64,000 nucleotides of DNA, taken from the NCBI GenBank assembly GCA_040954595.2, contig CM082582.2:13614327-13678326 (forward strand), written 5' to 3'. Every line of letters starts with the position of its first letter. Positions within the stretch are counted from its first letter, which is position 1. The notes beneath the pieces were generated by a model, which was given only the letters and a program-made list of their open reading frames with translations, ran no database searches and was not told where the DNA came from. The stretch comes from Balanoglossus misakiensis (taxonomy: Eukaryota; Animalia; Hemichordata). A program made the translations under genes and the position numbers. This document shows positions 1 to 10,500 of the stretch, piece after piece.

Positions 1-2007
1 ACCACAACTTCGGGGAATTAGTCAATTTCGCCCTGTTCCGTTGTATTCCTGAAAAGTCTGGGCTGCCTTTTAGACAACTCCCGTGAAACAGTTGTACGAT
101 CGGCGACGGGAATTTGCGACGGTGTGGCCCTGTAAATTATTCTCCAGAATACTTGCTACAAATCTCCGCTTCTGTAGAAAGCAGCATGTGAACGTGTCAT
201 ATGACGACAATTTTGTTAAGTCAGATATCGCCATTTTAGAAATTTAAGAAGATGATGATTTTATATCATGATTTTACCTTATAGGGTGACAGCATGCAAA
301 TAACCGTTTTTCTTGAGGTATCACTGGTCACTTCGGCTCGAACGAACTGCAGTTCAGAAATCGCTTCCGTCATCTATGGAAGAGTCTAACAGTTATAACA
401 AACGACCAAAAGATTCGAATCGAAAGGTTTCACTGATATTTATGATGCGGTTTTAACAGGGAAGGATGTTTTAAAGAGGAATATTGACGATGTTGTAAAT
501 TTTCGTTAGACACAAAGGTGGTGGTGAAAAAAAAACAATCTCACTCACGTGTTGTTCAGCCGCGTTATTCCAACAGAAATTGTGCAGAACTCTTTTCTTT
601 ATTGCAAATAGCACAAAAATCATATTCGATTCGATATGTAATTCAAAATTTCAATTAAGACCGACTTAAATCTAGCTTTGAGAGCCTTTCGCGAGTTTTG
701 TCGCCCTTTGCAAAAAATAAAGGCGTCCGTCTTTATGTGTGAATTTCGAGCACACGATGAACTCTCGGGGGATTGGAAATGTCGTTTTACTGCTAGGACA
801 AGGTCAAGTTCATCTAGATTCACAATCATGAAGATCAATTCCGCACAGCAGCCCGGGATAAACAAAATTCAGAGCATGTACTGTTGAACTGCCGATTGAT
901 TTTGTTCCTGACCTCTGTTGTTTATTACTGATAGCATAAATTTCTGTCACAACTTCGGCCAAAAGTTAAAATCAGCAATTCCCGCTGGACAAGTGTTTAT
1001 TTTTAGTATAACTTACTTCTGTATTGGTAGTTGTATATTATAGAAGTCGCATGCCACGAGACTTCAAGATAAAGGGAAGGAACAACCAAACCTGCCATTT
1101 ATACAGAAGAAATTTGGATTCATTCTCAGTGTTCACCCGACAAAATCTTGTCTTCTATGATCTTCAGCATTCCCCGACATCTTCTTCGTTGAGTAACGCT
1201 GAAGTCTTCGGCCTCAGGTCCCAGCTTCGTCACAACCGTCTTAGAGTCCACATTCTTTAAAATAGATATAGTGTAAAATATCCAGTTGTGTCAATCTCAT
1301 CGCTGTGATCACGGTCCCTCCACAAACTGCTTGGGTTTGAGACAGCGTCGGATGGCATGGAGTTTATGTTTTCCGCTCTACATGCACAAGCTTCCTATAG
1401 ATATGTTTTTGAACAAAATTAATAAGAGTAATAATTTACTGCGTCAAAATAATACACGTTCTGCACCTGCAGGGAAAGATTTTTGACCACGCAAGAAATC
1501 TATGACTCCCTTGGCGGGGAGAATGCCACGTGCAAACTGTCAAGCTCTCTTGATTCAAAGCGACAGGCAGTTATACTTTTGTGAACAAACGGCCATTTTC
1601 TCTTCGCTCAAGTAAAAGCGCCAGATCTCGAGACAAGAACTTGGGCGTTAGACAACAGACTGAGGCAAACTAACCAATAAATTGTAAACTTTCTTTGACC
1701 AATGCCCACCACAAACAATAGAGATTATTTTATCTAGTGATTTACTGCTCTGGAACATATACATTCGACATCACATGGAGGTCGATTATCAAGAATTGTA
1801 GATTCTTTGAAAAATACTGTAGCATGCCGAAGACACACAAATGGCTGTGACGTCAACATGTAACTTTTGGATAAAATGAGATCTGAATGACGTAAATCTT
1901 GGTATGAACAGGGTTTCGAAAACGTGATATAATATCAGGTGTTTTCAAATTCAATGTGAACAAATATTAAGCCTTATTTTTGGGTAAAAACTGAAATTGT
2001 CTACAAG

Positions 2008-2058
2008 TATAGACAGTAGAATCGAGTAGTCTCGCTTCTAGGCTATACTGTCTATATG
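2008..2058. mobile_element. Degenerate micro-foldback element (TATAGACAGTA...TACTGTCTATA) with a probable 7-bp target-site duplication
   Basis: 11-bp inverted ends; flanks CTACAAG (2001-2007) / CTGCAAG (2059-2065), 6/7 identical; termini shared with the element at 19519. Confidence 0.45.
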
Positions 2059-4252
2059 CTGCAAGGCGTAAAAGCGTTTCTGACAAAAACAGGGTATATA
2101 ATGTGAGAAACAATCTGGGATGTTTTAATTGAGCACAAAGAGATGAACAAACACTACAGGCCTATAAATATTGAATTGTATTGTATCGTACCGTATTGTA
2201 CTATACACCATTATATTTTGTCAAGCTATTTGGGCAAATTCATAACCACTTGTCCATGAACCGTGTTTATTACCAATTACAAACCCCACACTTGCTTGGT
2301 ATAGGTCCGATGGCCTACTTCAAAAGAACAGTCAGACTGTACAGCAAGGTGTAGGCTTCTACTAGGTCGATGATCACGAGTAAAGTTCCCGCTTTTGTAG
2401 AGAACGAGAACTGGAAAGGGAATTCAGTATAGAAGAATGATGGTTGAAGCACTTTTCGTTCCTGTGTAAGGCATTTTCGTGGCAGACAATTCACTGGCCA
2501 GAGATATGCAGGGGGGCTCAAGAGATTCTATGACAACACGATTTTTTTCTAGATTTAAGCTGGCTTTATGAGCGTGGCGACGCGGCATGTGTCCAATCAA
2601 CTCTATAGAAAGACGTGTCAGACTCGTCTTTCTTAGATAACCTACCCCACGCCACGCCACGCCACAAATCCAAAAGCCACGCACATCTTAAAAAACTCTC
2701 CATTGTCGATGTAGGAAAACTAGCATGCCTACATCACATTCGCTAGATGTAACCTTTTTTTCCACATACAGCGCAGAGAAATACATAAACATCGAAGGAA
2801 ATAAAAAAAACGCTGTTTTTAATATTTGATGATAGTACATACGTTCTCTGAGGCTTTTGTCTTTGTATTGACACAAAACATGGGTTAGAACAGATCGGTT
2901 ACGTAATCGTGATTAACGTATGGCTGATATTGGAAAGGGGCCAACGATCGGAAAGAAAGGGGAAAAAATAACCATGTCCAGTATTAAAATTTGTCAGATG
3001 ACCATGATCCGATGTTCCTTGTGTTTGGGAATGAATCTCTTTAAGTTCTCTGTGATTATTTTTTCGCATTGACGATCAAAATAATCTCAATACTAACTGG
3101 TAAACCACGTCAAAAATGGGTATATTTAATAGGCCTACATCTGTGTTGTCCAAATCCAATTTTGTCCACGAAGTCGTAAACGAATAACTCTTGCGGTGGT
3201 TACGTCACTGTTAGCACCTACGTAATGGATGGACGATACTAAAAAGTCGATGCCATCCCACCATGGTTCGTGGGTGGCATGGCATAACAGTTAGAAAGCG
3301 GTGTCAAAGCCCGCTCGCGGAAGTGAGAGGTCCAAACGTCAACCATGTGGTGCCACGTTTTGAATTTTTTGTGACTCATTCGTCAAGTTTCAATTGTAAA
3401 ACACGTTACCGAAAATCAAATGTGCATTATATCATGATTGTTGTAAAGGTTTGCGGCACATCTTATGTAGGGTCGTCATGAATGAACATTTACAATTCAT
3501 CAGCGTGTGTTCTGTATATAAATTTGAATTGGCATTGTTACTTTAGAAGGGGTAGAAAAGGTTTCGAAAGGCGAGAAAATTTACTGCCCTAATTTCGTTG
3601 GAAAAATTGCAAACTTTATTGTTTGACCTACGTTTGACATCTCTGTGACCTAATTTCGGCGATATTTGTTAGACGTCTGGCGATTTCGCGAATGTTAGTC
3701 GATGCAATCGACAAATGAATGAATTCTCGGTCCTTTCCCTATGAACTTTGTTTGACCTTGCCATTGACTTTGAACTCCCTAAACCCCCTCTCAAGAAATA
3801 TCCGCGGCGAAGTGAATGATTGACACCTGCTAACAGCCTACAATGCGCATGTGCATTTTGCTGTATGCTGTTAGTTCTCCACCCACTGCATAGATGTGGA
3901 TGACGCCGACAGAACGTTACAAAGAAACTTCCCCTGCCTGAGCACACAGCTGAAACTGGTACGTTACGCTCTCTATGTACTCCCGAACTCGCCAAGTAAC
4001 ACAGGGCCATGTTGGTAACGTGTTAGTGAAGCGGCTGGCAAGATATCACGAACAACTTTCAACGGGTTGGGCGGGGAACTCCGGCAGGAACGGCAACACG
4101 AACAGCTGAGGCCGCAGGAGTTTCCATGGCCGTGGGTAGAAGCAATTGAACAAGCCTCACAAACTGACCCAAGTTTACGTAACAACTGGAATAACTGCGT
4201 TACGATAGCGTCCAACGCCCTGCTGACCGCCAACCCATGTTTCACATCATCA

Positions 4253-6583
4253 ATGGCCGCGTTTTCGGACGAGCTAAACGGACAGTTGTCGTGTCCGATA
4301 TGTCGAGACCGCTTCATAGACCCGAAAGTATTGCCATGCCTGCACACTTTCTGCCGGAGATGTTTGGACGGGAAAGCTGAGCCTGCCTTACTTATTTGCC
4401 CGACATGTCATCACGAGGTGCCGTTGGGTGACGCCGGCATTGACGACCTGCCGTCTAATTATCTCCTAAATAACATCATGGATGTTGTGGGTACACACGA
4501 CGACGACTTGGAAAACGGCTTCAGAGACGTCTTGTCCGATACACGGCGGTTGTGTAGTTCGTGTGATGACGGCCAGATTGCGACGTCGTTATGCCGCGAC
4601 TGCAACGAAAGCCTCTGTGATAGTTGTTTGCTCGCCCACCATCGAGTACGGCTAACTAAAGATCATCACATCGTGCAGCTGAATAACAATTCGTCATCGT
4701 TCCCCTTCAACTCCAGGTCAGAACTGTTATCGTCGTCTCCATACTTGACATCGTCGCTACAGTCCATCGCGCAACCAGTATCAAACCGACAACTAAGTTA
4801 CTGCGAAATTCGCGGACACGAAAATGAGGTGCTACGTTTATACTGCGATACGTGTTCAAAAGCAATATGTCGGGAGTGTACTATGGTCGATCATCGTGGC
4901 CACAGTTGCGTGTATTTGCAAGACGCCGTACAGAACTGTAAAGCTATAACATCACGATTACTTGCCGATGCGAAAATGGGAGTACAGGCAATGGAAGAGG
5001 GTATCGCCATGGCACAAAATATGGCAGAACGCGTCGAAATGAGAGCGCAGGCGGTCGCTACAGAAGTCCGAGCAACCATACGAAGACACATGAAAGCTCT
5101 TGAAGAACGTGAACGCGACTTGCTGCACAGGGTGGAAAAAAATCGACAGGTGAAGGGAAAATCACTCCATACCCAAGTTGAAGATCTGAAGCAGGCCTTG
5201 GGCGGCGTGACCCAGTGTTTGGAAACTGTTGAATCGGTGCTACAGACGGGCAATGACATTGAAGTGCTGAAAACCAAAGATAAAATGGTGTGTCAACTTC
5301 AAGAGTTGAAAGCTTTACGTGGACATTTACAACCCCACGAAGACGAAGCTCTCCTTTTCACACCTCCCGATAGTGCATTACATACAGCCATCGCTTCAAT
5401 GGGAATCGTCAGTAGTAGCGCTTATGCACCGAATTCAACGGCTACAGGCGACGGGGTAAAGCGAGCATTGCGGGGGAAAATTGCCTTGTTCATGGTGCAA
5501 GCCAAAGACCACCAGGGCGAACCGAGATGTGTGGGCGGCGACCAACTGAACGTCGTTGTGCAGGGTCCTGAAGGTGGGCTGTACCACGCAGAAGTCATTG
5601 ACCGTCAAAATGGTACATACACCGTCAGCTACAGACCTCAATTGGAAGGTGAGCATCACATCTCTGTCACTCTTCGTGGAAAGCACATAGTCGACAGTCC
5701 TTTCAAAGTGCAAGTCAAAAGTGGTCGTAACTATGGCAGCATTGGTCCAATGGTTCGCTCTTTTGGCTCAGAAGGGGAGTCTGCTGGTCAGCTTTGTCGT
5801 CCATGGGGTGTCTGTACTGACAAGGATGGCCATATCATCGTAGCAGATCGCAGTAATAATCGCATCCAAATATTCCAATCAAGTGGGAGATTTGTGCATA
5901 AATTCGGGTCTGCAGGGTCAAGGAATGGGCAGTTTGACCGACCGGCTGGAGTGGCCGTAGATATCCAGAATCACATCATTGTGGCCGACAAGGATAACCA
6001 TCGAATACAGGTGTTCACGATCGAGGGTCAGTTTGTATTGAAGTTTGGAGAGAAAGGAGTGAAGAATGGTCAGTTCAACTACCCATGGGATGTCGCTGTC
6101 AGCCCCGATGGAAGAATCTTGGTTTCCGATACACGAAACCATCGCATCCAGCTCTTCGCCCCCGATGGTACCTTCCTCAACAAGTACGGCTTTGAGGGCG
6201 CGTTATGGAAGCACTTCGACTCACCCCGTGGTGTTGCCTTTAACCACGAAGGGCACATGGTTGTCACCGACTTCAACAACCACCGTTTGTTGGTCATCCA
6301 CCCCGACTTCCAGTCAGCTCGTTTCCTGGGGTCAGAGGGCAGCGGTAACGGTCAGTTCCTTCGGCCCCAGGGAGTGGCCATTGACCCAGAGGGCCACATC
6401 ATCGTAGCCGATTCTCGCAACCATCGCGTGCAAATCTTCACACCAAATGGTAATTTCTTGTGCAAGTTTGGCTCACCTGGAAGTGGACAGGGCCAATTGG
6501 ATCGTCCATCCGGTATCTGCGTGTCACCAGAGGGACAGATAATCGTTGTTGACTTTGGCAACAACCGTGTACAGGTCTTCTGA
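4253..6583 (+). CDS. TRIM71: E3 ubiquitin ligase / RNA-binding protein LIN-41/TRIM71 (RING, 2 B-box, coiled coil, Filamin, 6 NHL); single coding exon, 776 aa
   Basis: ORF track 4067..6583 starts at TTG; the first in-frame ATG is 4253 ([17 protein letters not shown], comparable to the vertebrate MASF... start). RING CPIC...CLHTFCRRC...CPTC, two B-boxes, Filamin repeat (GGD...YRP...G.HI..SPF) and NHL repeats LCRPWG, FDRPAG, FNYPWD, FDSPRG, FLRPQG, LDRPSG, matching the TRIM71 NHL sequence. let-7 and miR-125 sites in the 3'UTR independently support the orthology. Confidence 0.96.
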   Translation: MAAFSDELNGQLSCPICRDRFIDPKVLPCLHTFCRRCLDGKAEPALLICPTCHHEVPLGDAGIDDLPSNYLLNNIMDVVGTHDDDLENGFRDVLSDTRRLCSSCDDGQIATSLCRDCNESLCDSCLLAHHRVRLTKDHHIVQLNNNSSSFPFNSRSELLSSSPYLTSSLQSIAQPVSNRQLSYCEIRGHENEVLRLYCDTCSKAICRECTMVDHRGHSCVYLQDAVQNCKAITSRLLADAKMGVQAMEEGIAMAQNMAERVEMRAQAVATEVRATIRRHMKALEERERDLLHRVEKNRQVKGKSLHTQVEDLKQALGGVTQCLETVESVLQTGNDIEVLKTKDKMVCQLQELKALRGHLQPHEDEALLFTPPDSALHTAIASMGIVSSSAYAPNSTATGDGVKRALRGKIALFMVQAKDHQGEPRCVGGDQLNVVVQGPEGGLYHAEVIDRQNGTYTVSYRPQLEGEHHISVTLRGKHIVDSPFKVQVKSGRNYGSIGPMVRSFGSEGESAGQLCRPWGVCTDKDGHIIVADRSNNRIQIFQSSGRFVHKFGSAGSRNGQFDRPAGVAVDIQNHIIVADKDNHRIQVFTIEGQFVLKFGEKGVKNGQFNYPWDVAVSPDGRILVSDTRNHRIQLFAPDGTFLNKYGFEGALWKHFDSPRGVAFNHEGHMVVTDFNNHRLLVIHPDFQSARFLGSEGSGNGQFLRPQGVAIDPEGHIIVADSRNHRVQIFTPNGNFLCKFGSPGSGQGQLDRPSGICVSPEGQIIVVDFGNNRVQVF

Positions 6584-6617
6584 AAAACAGTGGCCTAGCC
6601 AGTTTGACAGTTTATGA

Positions 6618-6690
6618 CTCAGGGAAACTACCTCATGCCACAGTTGGACTGATGGCGGAACTTTTTAATTCAGAATACGGGTACTCAGGG
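6618..6690 (+). promoter_or_regulatory. 3'UTR miRNA target cassette: miR-125/lin-4 8mer CTCAGGGA (6618-6625), let-7 8mer CTACCTCA (6628-6635), miR-100 8mer TACGGGTA (6676-6683), miR-125 7mer-m8 CTCAGGG (6684-6690)
   Basis: Exact seed complements read from the sequence 35-107 nt after the TRIM71 stop codon; lin-41/TRIM71 is the classic let-7 target. Confidence 0.85.
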
Positions 6691-7046
6691 CGAAGTCTAT
6701 ATTACATGAAGAGAAAGAGGGAGAGACAAGCCTTTAAACTATATCTGTGGGTGCCATTATCCTAAGCAGTTGATCTCAGTTTAAAAGAATGTAAATTCAT
6801 TCTTTTTCATGTTGATTCATCTTTCCCCACCTGGCCTGGCCATGGCGGAGAAATTAAACAGTAAATTTTACTATATAGTTCAAATTAGGAAATTCAAAAT
6901 TTCTCAAATTTTCAGAGATTTTTTCTTTTCAAATTCAAGAGTCCAGAAAAAAAATGTTTAAGTCCAAATTATTGTATAATAATTCCAGTGAAACTTGGAT
7001 GATAAAAATGCAGCTGTTATGTGTATTTGGCATTGAAAATGTCAAT

Positions 7047-7216
7047 TGCTTGCTTGAAATCGTTTGTTTGCTTGCTGCAACTGCTTGCTGCAAAGCAATG
7101 TGAAATTGCTCGCTTGCTAGACGGGACTACGTCCCCCCAATGTTGCTTGCTTGCTTGAAGGGAACTATGTTCCCAAAATGTTGCTTGCTAAAATGTTGCT
7201 TGGTTTACCAAATGCT
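7047..7216 (+). repeat. Low-complexity (TTGC)-rich array with 16 YGCY motifs and a degenerate ~37-nt tandem duplication carrying two tri-loop hairpins
   Basis: YGCY at 7047, 7051, 7069, 7073, 7082, 7086, 7107, 7111, 7115, 7144, 7148, 7152, 7182, 7186, 7197, 7213; hairpins GGGAC-TAC-GTCCC (7123-7135) and GGGAAC-TAT-GTTCCC (7160-7174). Confidence 0.8.
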
Positions 7217-7483
7217 TTAGCTGTGTTCCAAGAACTAGCCATGAACTTTTACTGACAATACATAAATGCTGAGATTCCTGCTTAGGAGATGCATAAAAAA
7301 ACCAAAGTCTGTTTATATTTTCCTTTCTTATATATCATATCATTTTTGTAGCAAAGTATTTAACAGTTGTCTATCTATATGCATTTGTTTGAAGTATGTT
7401 GGCCGATGGGTCCTGTGCTCAACAAGTTTATTTTAGAAAAGGCTGTTTTATTTGGAGGGCTGTTGCACACATAACAGCCCAAC

Positions 7484-7519
7484 CTACCTCAGTTTGGATA
7501 AAAAATACCTATCTACCTC
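7484..7519 (+). promoter_or_regulatory. Second let-7 site pair in the TRIM71 3'UTR: 8mer CTACCTCA (7484-7491) and 7mer-m8 CTACCTC (7513-7519)
   Basis: Exact seed matches; the CAAC just upstream of the 8mer could give 3'-supplementary pairing. A further 7mer-A1 TACCTCA lies at 8989-8995. Assumes the UTR extends this far (the first AATAAA I noticed is at 9226-9231). Confidence 0.7.
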
Positions 7520-10500
7520 GAAACACATGATTTTGACTCAGGTAGTACGTGGCCCAAGTGCAAAGTCACCATACTCTGTGATCGTTCTATTTTGCAGGGA
7601 TATTTTTTTCAGACTGCTCGATATTTAAAACGATTGGCATGTAATTTACAAATTGACAAAGATGTTGCTAATTGGAAAATGGCTAACGGACCTTAGCTAT
7701 GATACAAATTTTTGCCAGAACTGGAAAAAATAATGATCATCTTTGTAAATCCAGCCGATAATTAATATTTTGCATTGCATTGCAAAGAGAAATATGAAGA
7801 TAAAACGTGAAGGAAAATGATTTTAGGGAGTTTTTCATTTTTTTTGCAATTATATTTGGTATTATTATTGCAAATGTTGGAAAATCAGAATTGTATTTTT
7901 TTTTAAATCAAACTTATTTAGTTTGCTTTCTTGCTGCAATTTGGCTGAAACTGTGCATACATAAATGCATGTTCATGGAGCTGTGTTTTGTGGTATTTTG
8001 TGAATATTTTTACAAAGTTTGGTTTACATGAATCCCACAAAGAGAGCGTATACAACTTGCATGAGCAATTTGAGCCATCTCTCAATTACAAAAGCATTGA
8101 TATCAATGTCATGTTTTGTTAGTATGTAGAGTACAGAATCAAGATTGTCAAAGTGAGAAAAAACTTTGCTTGTTTAAACTCTTAATCATTTTCTTAATTT
8201 CTCTTTATTTTTGTGAGTATTTTTTGCTCCTAAGCTGCCACAAATCAAAAAATACTAATTATACCAAAGATAATTGATAAATTTGGGTGCTGCATTTTTG
8301 TACTTTAAAACCTTATTAAGATTGTAACTCATGTAGTTTTCTCTTCATAATTCTATGTAGCTAACAAAATTATGTGCTAATGATAGTCATTTTGTCTAGT
8401 AGAACTAGTAGCGTATGTGTGATTTTTATACAATGTTTTGAGATCGCACACAAAAATCGCCTTACAAAGTAGAGAACAGATTTTTTCCAATTGTTATGAA
8501 TGTGGGTAGATTTAGATGTTTAATGTACTATGTACAATTTGTTGTGTACTTTCGATAAACCTGTATTAATTACAATTACTTCTGTGCACCGCCTTTTACA
8601 GATGAAGGTTAAAACTGTAAATTCCAAGAGTTGCTATATATTTGACAAACACAAACTAGTTGCAAGTCATCTTGGTCAAAGACCAGATAAGCTTTTTGAA
8701 TTGGACAAATTCCATTCATTGCCATTGTTTTACTTGTATAGTGCTCGTTTCGCTCAAAGCGGACAGAGAAAAAAAGCTTGGAAGGATTTACAGCAGAGCA
8801 TTGTAAACTCTTCCATAAAACAATTCCAATGTAGTGTACACAAACATTTTAGTAATGTCATTTAAAAAAAAAGAAAGTATATATATTATATGTATACTGT
8901 TACAAAGTCTGTTCTAAGCAGATCTCTTACACCAAAAGTACATTTAATGAACAACAACATGCTTGTTTTTGTTTTTTTCCGTGTTGAATACCTCACTTGT
9001 CAAGTACATTTCAACTTCCTAACTCAGAAATTTGATATATAAAGATGACAGAGAGTATTTTAGTGTCCAAATTCCTGAGCTAGGTCAAGCTAGGTACTGT
9101 TTTCCTGGTGACATTGTTTTTTTTACAGAATAATTAAGGGTCAGTGGTGGCACCAGGAGGACAACTCCGTTGTTTAGTTGTAATTGGAAAAAAAATCCAA
9201 ACAAAAAATTATAGTTCTATTTTCAAATAAAAAGCAAGCAAAATGCCTGTTTATGCAATGACTACAAAATTGAGAATTTCTTTAATGATTTTGAATTGAA
9301 TTTATGATAAAAAGCTAGTGATCGGCAGACTTTTATTTCTTGTGAGATGAAATTTTTCAACATGGTTGACAAACCTGTCAAAATGGGGACAACTTCAATA
9401 TTTGTGTTATTATGGTGCTTCAAGTTTTACATATTACTCAGGGTTCAATACTTGTTGTACAGTAAAAACACAAAAAATAGATTTCTGTTGTCACATTTTC
9501 ACAGGTTTTTAAGAAAATTTCAGCATTTTCAAAGAGGGCAGCTGTGATGCCTTGATGGAAAGACAAAATTTAGGTGTAGTGTCTAAATACTTGTACTGTA
9601 CTAATACAGCAGTGTGAAAAATTACTAGAAAATGTTTTGCAATTAAACGCAACAATATTGATGGTGTTGCACTTTGCTAATCAAATCAAGCCTTGTGTTT
9701 GTGTGGTTTATCTGTACCCTACCCTCTATTCCCCCCTCCCCCTCCCACTACTCGCACCCGTGGGGCTCAGCATTCACCCCTCTTCTGTATTGAAGTGGTG
9801 TGTGAGACTTTATCTACTGACCAGGTTGTTAACAACACTGTCCAAAATTGACCTTGTGTTTAGTGTCCTAAATTTACAGACATTAGACAAGGGTTGCCGA
9901 TTTGGAACTGGATTCCTGAATTGATCAGTAATTGAATTGTTCATTGTAAGGAAGGACCCAAAGTATGATGTTTCTTGTTGAAGTCTCTGCAGAATTGTCT
10001 CCATGATTTATGTGCCCAGAATGGTGTGAGCATTCACAAGTACTCCATGGGAGTAGAACTAGGTGGGGTTCATGGTCACCATTGCCACAAAATCACTAAA
10101 CATCAGCCATCTTTCAGATTGTGTGTGTATGTGCGTGTGTATGTCATGAATGTATCAAGGCTAGAAGTTCAATAGAGTATGTTAACATGGCTTCTAAAAT
10201 GACGTCCATGGTCCAGATGTCCTACCCATAATGGTTTCGGACCCCTTTGCTCATTCTGACTACCAAGGATGATAGTGGACGGGTTTTGAAATATCTGGAC
10301 AGTCTTGGAAAATGTGACTGGAATCCACTGTATGTTGTTAACCTCCTCTTCAATGGGTGACTTGACATGGCATTTGTGTGTAGCCATTCTCTTTTCAAAG
10401 AGCACACTTCTATTGTGCAAGTCCGCCTTTGTATTGCGTCATTACCAGGCTTGTATAAATGCTTATTTGTGTAAGGTGGCTTTTTCACAGGTGTAAATGA

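Noticed and set aside
1-96. Possible end of a DNA transposon (...CCGTGAAACAGTTGTA)
   Set aside because: The other end and any TSD would lie outside the window; cannot be supported.
3973-6564. Antisense and alternate-frame ORFs over TRIM71 (likewise over CEP192 exons)
   Set aside because: Shadows of GC-richer coding sequence; no recognisable domains.
7538-7552. let-7-like sequence as an actual let-7 gene
   Set aside because: Seed mismatch at position 2, no match to the 3' end, and no pre-miRNA star arm downstream; kept only as a possible cis-masking element.
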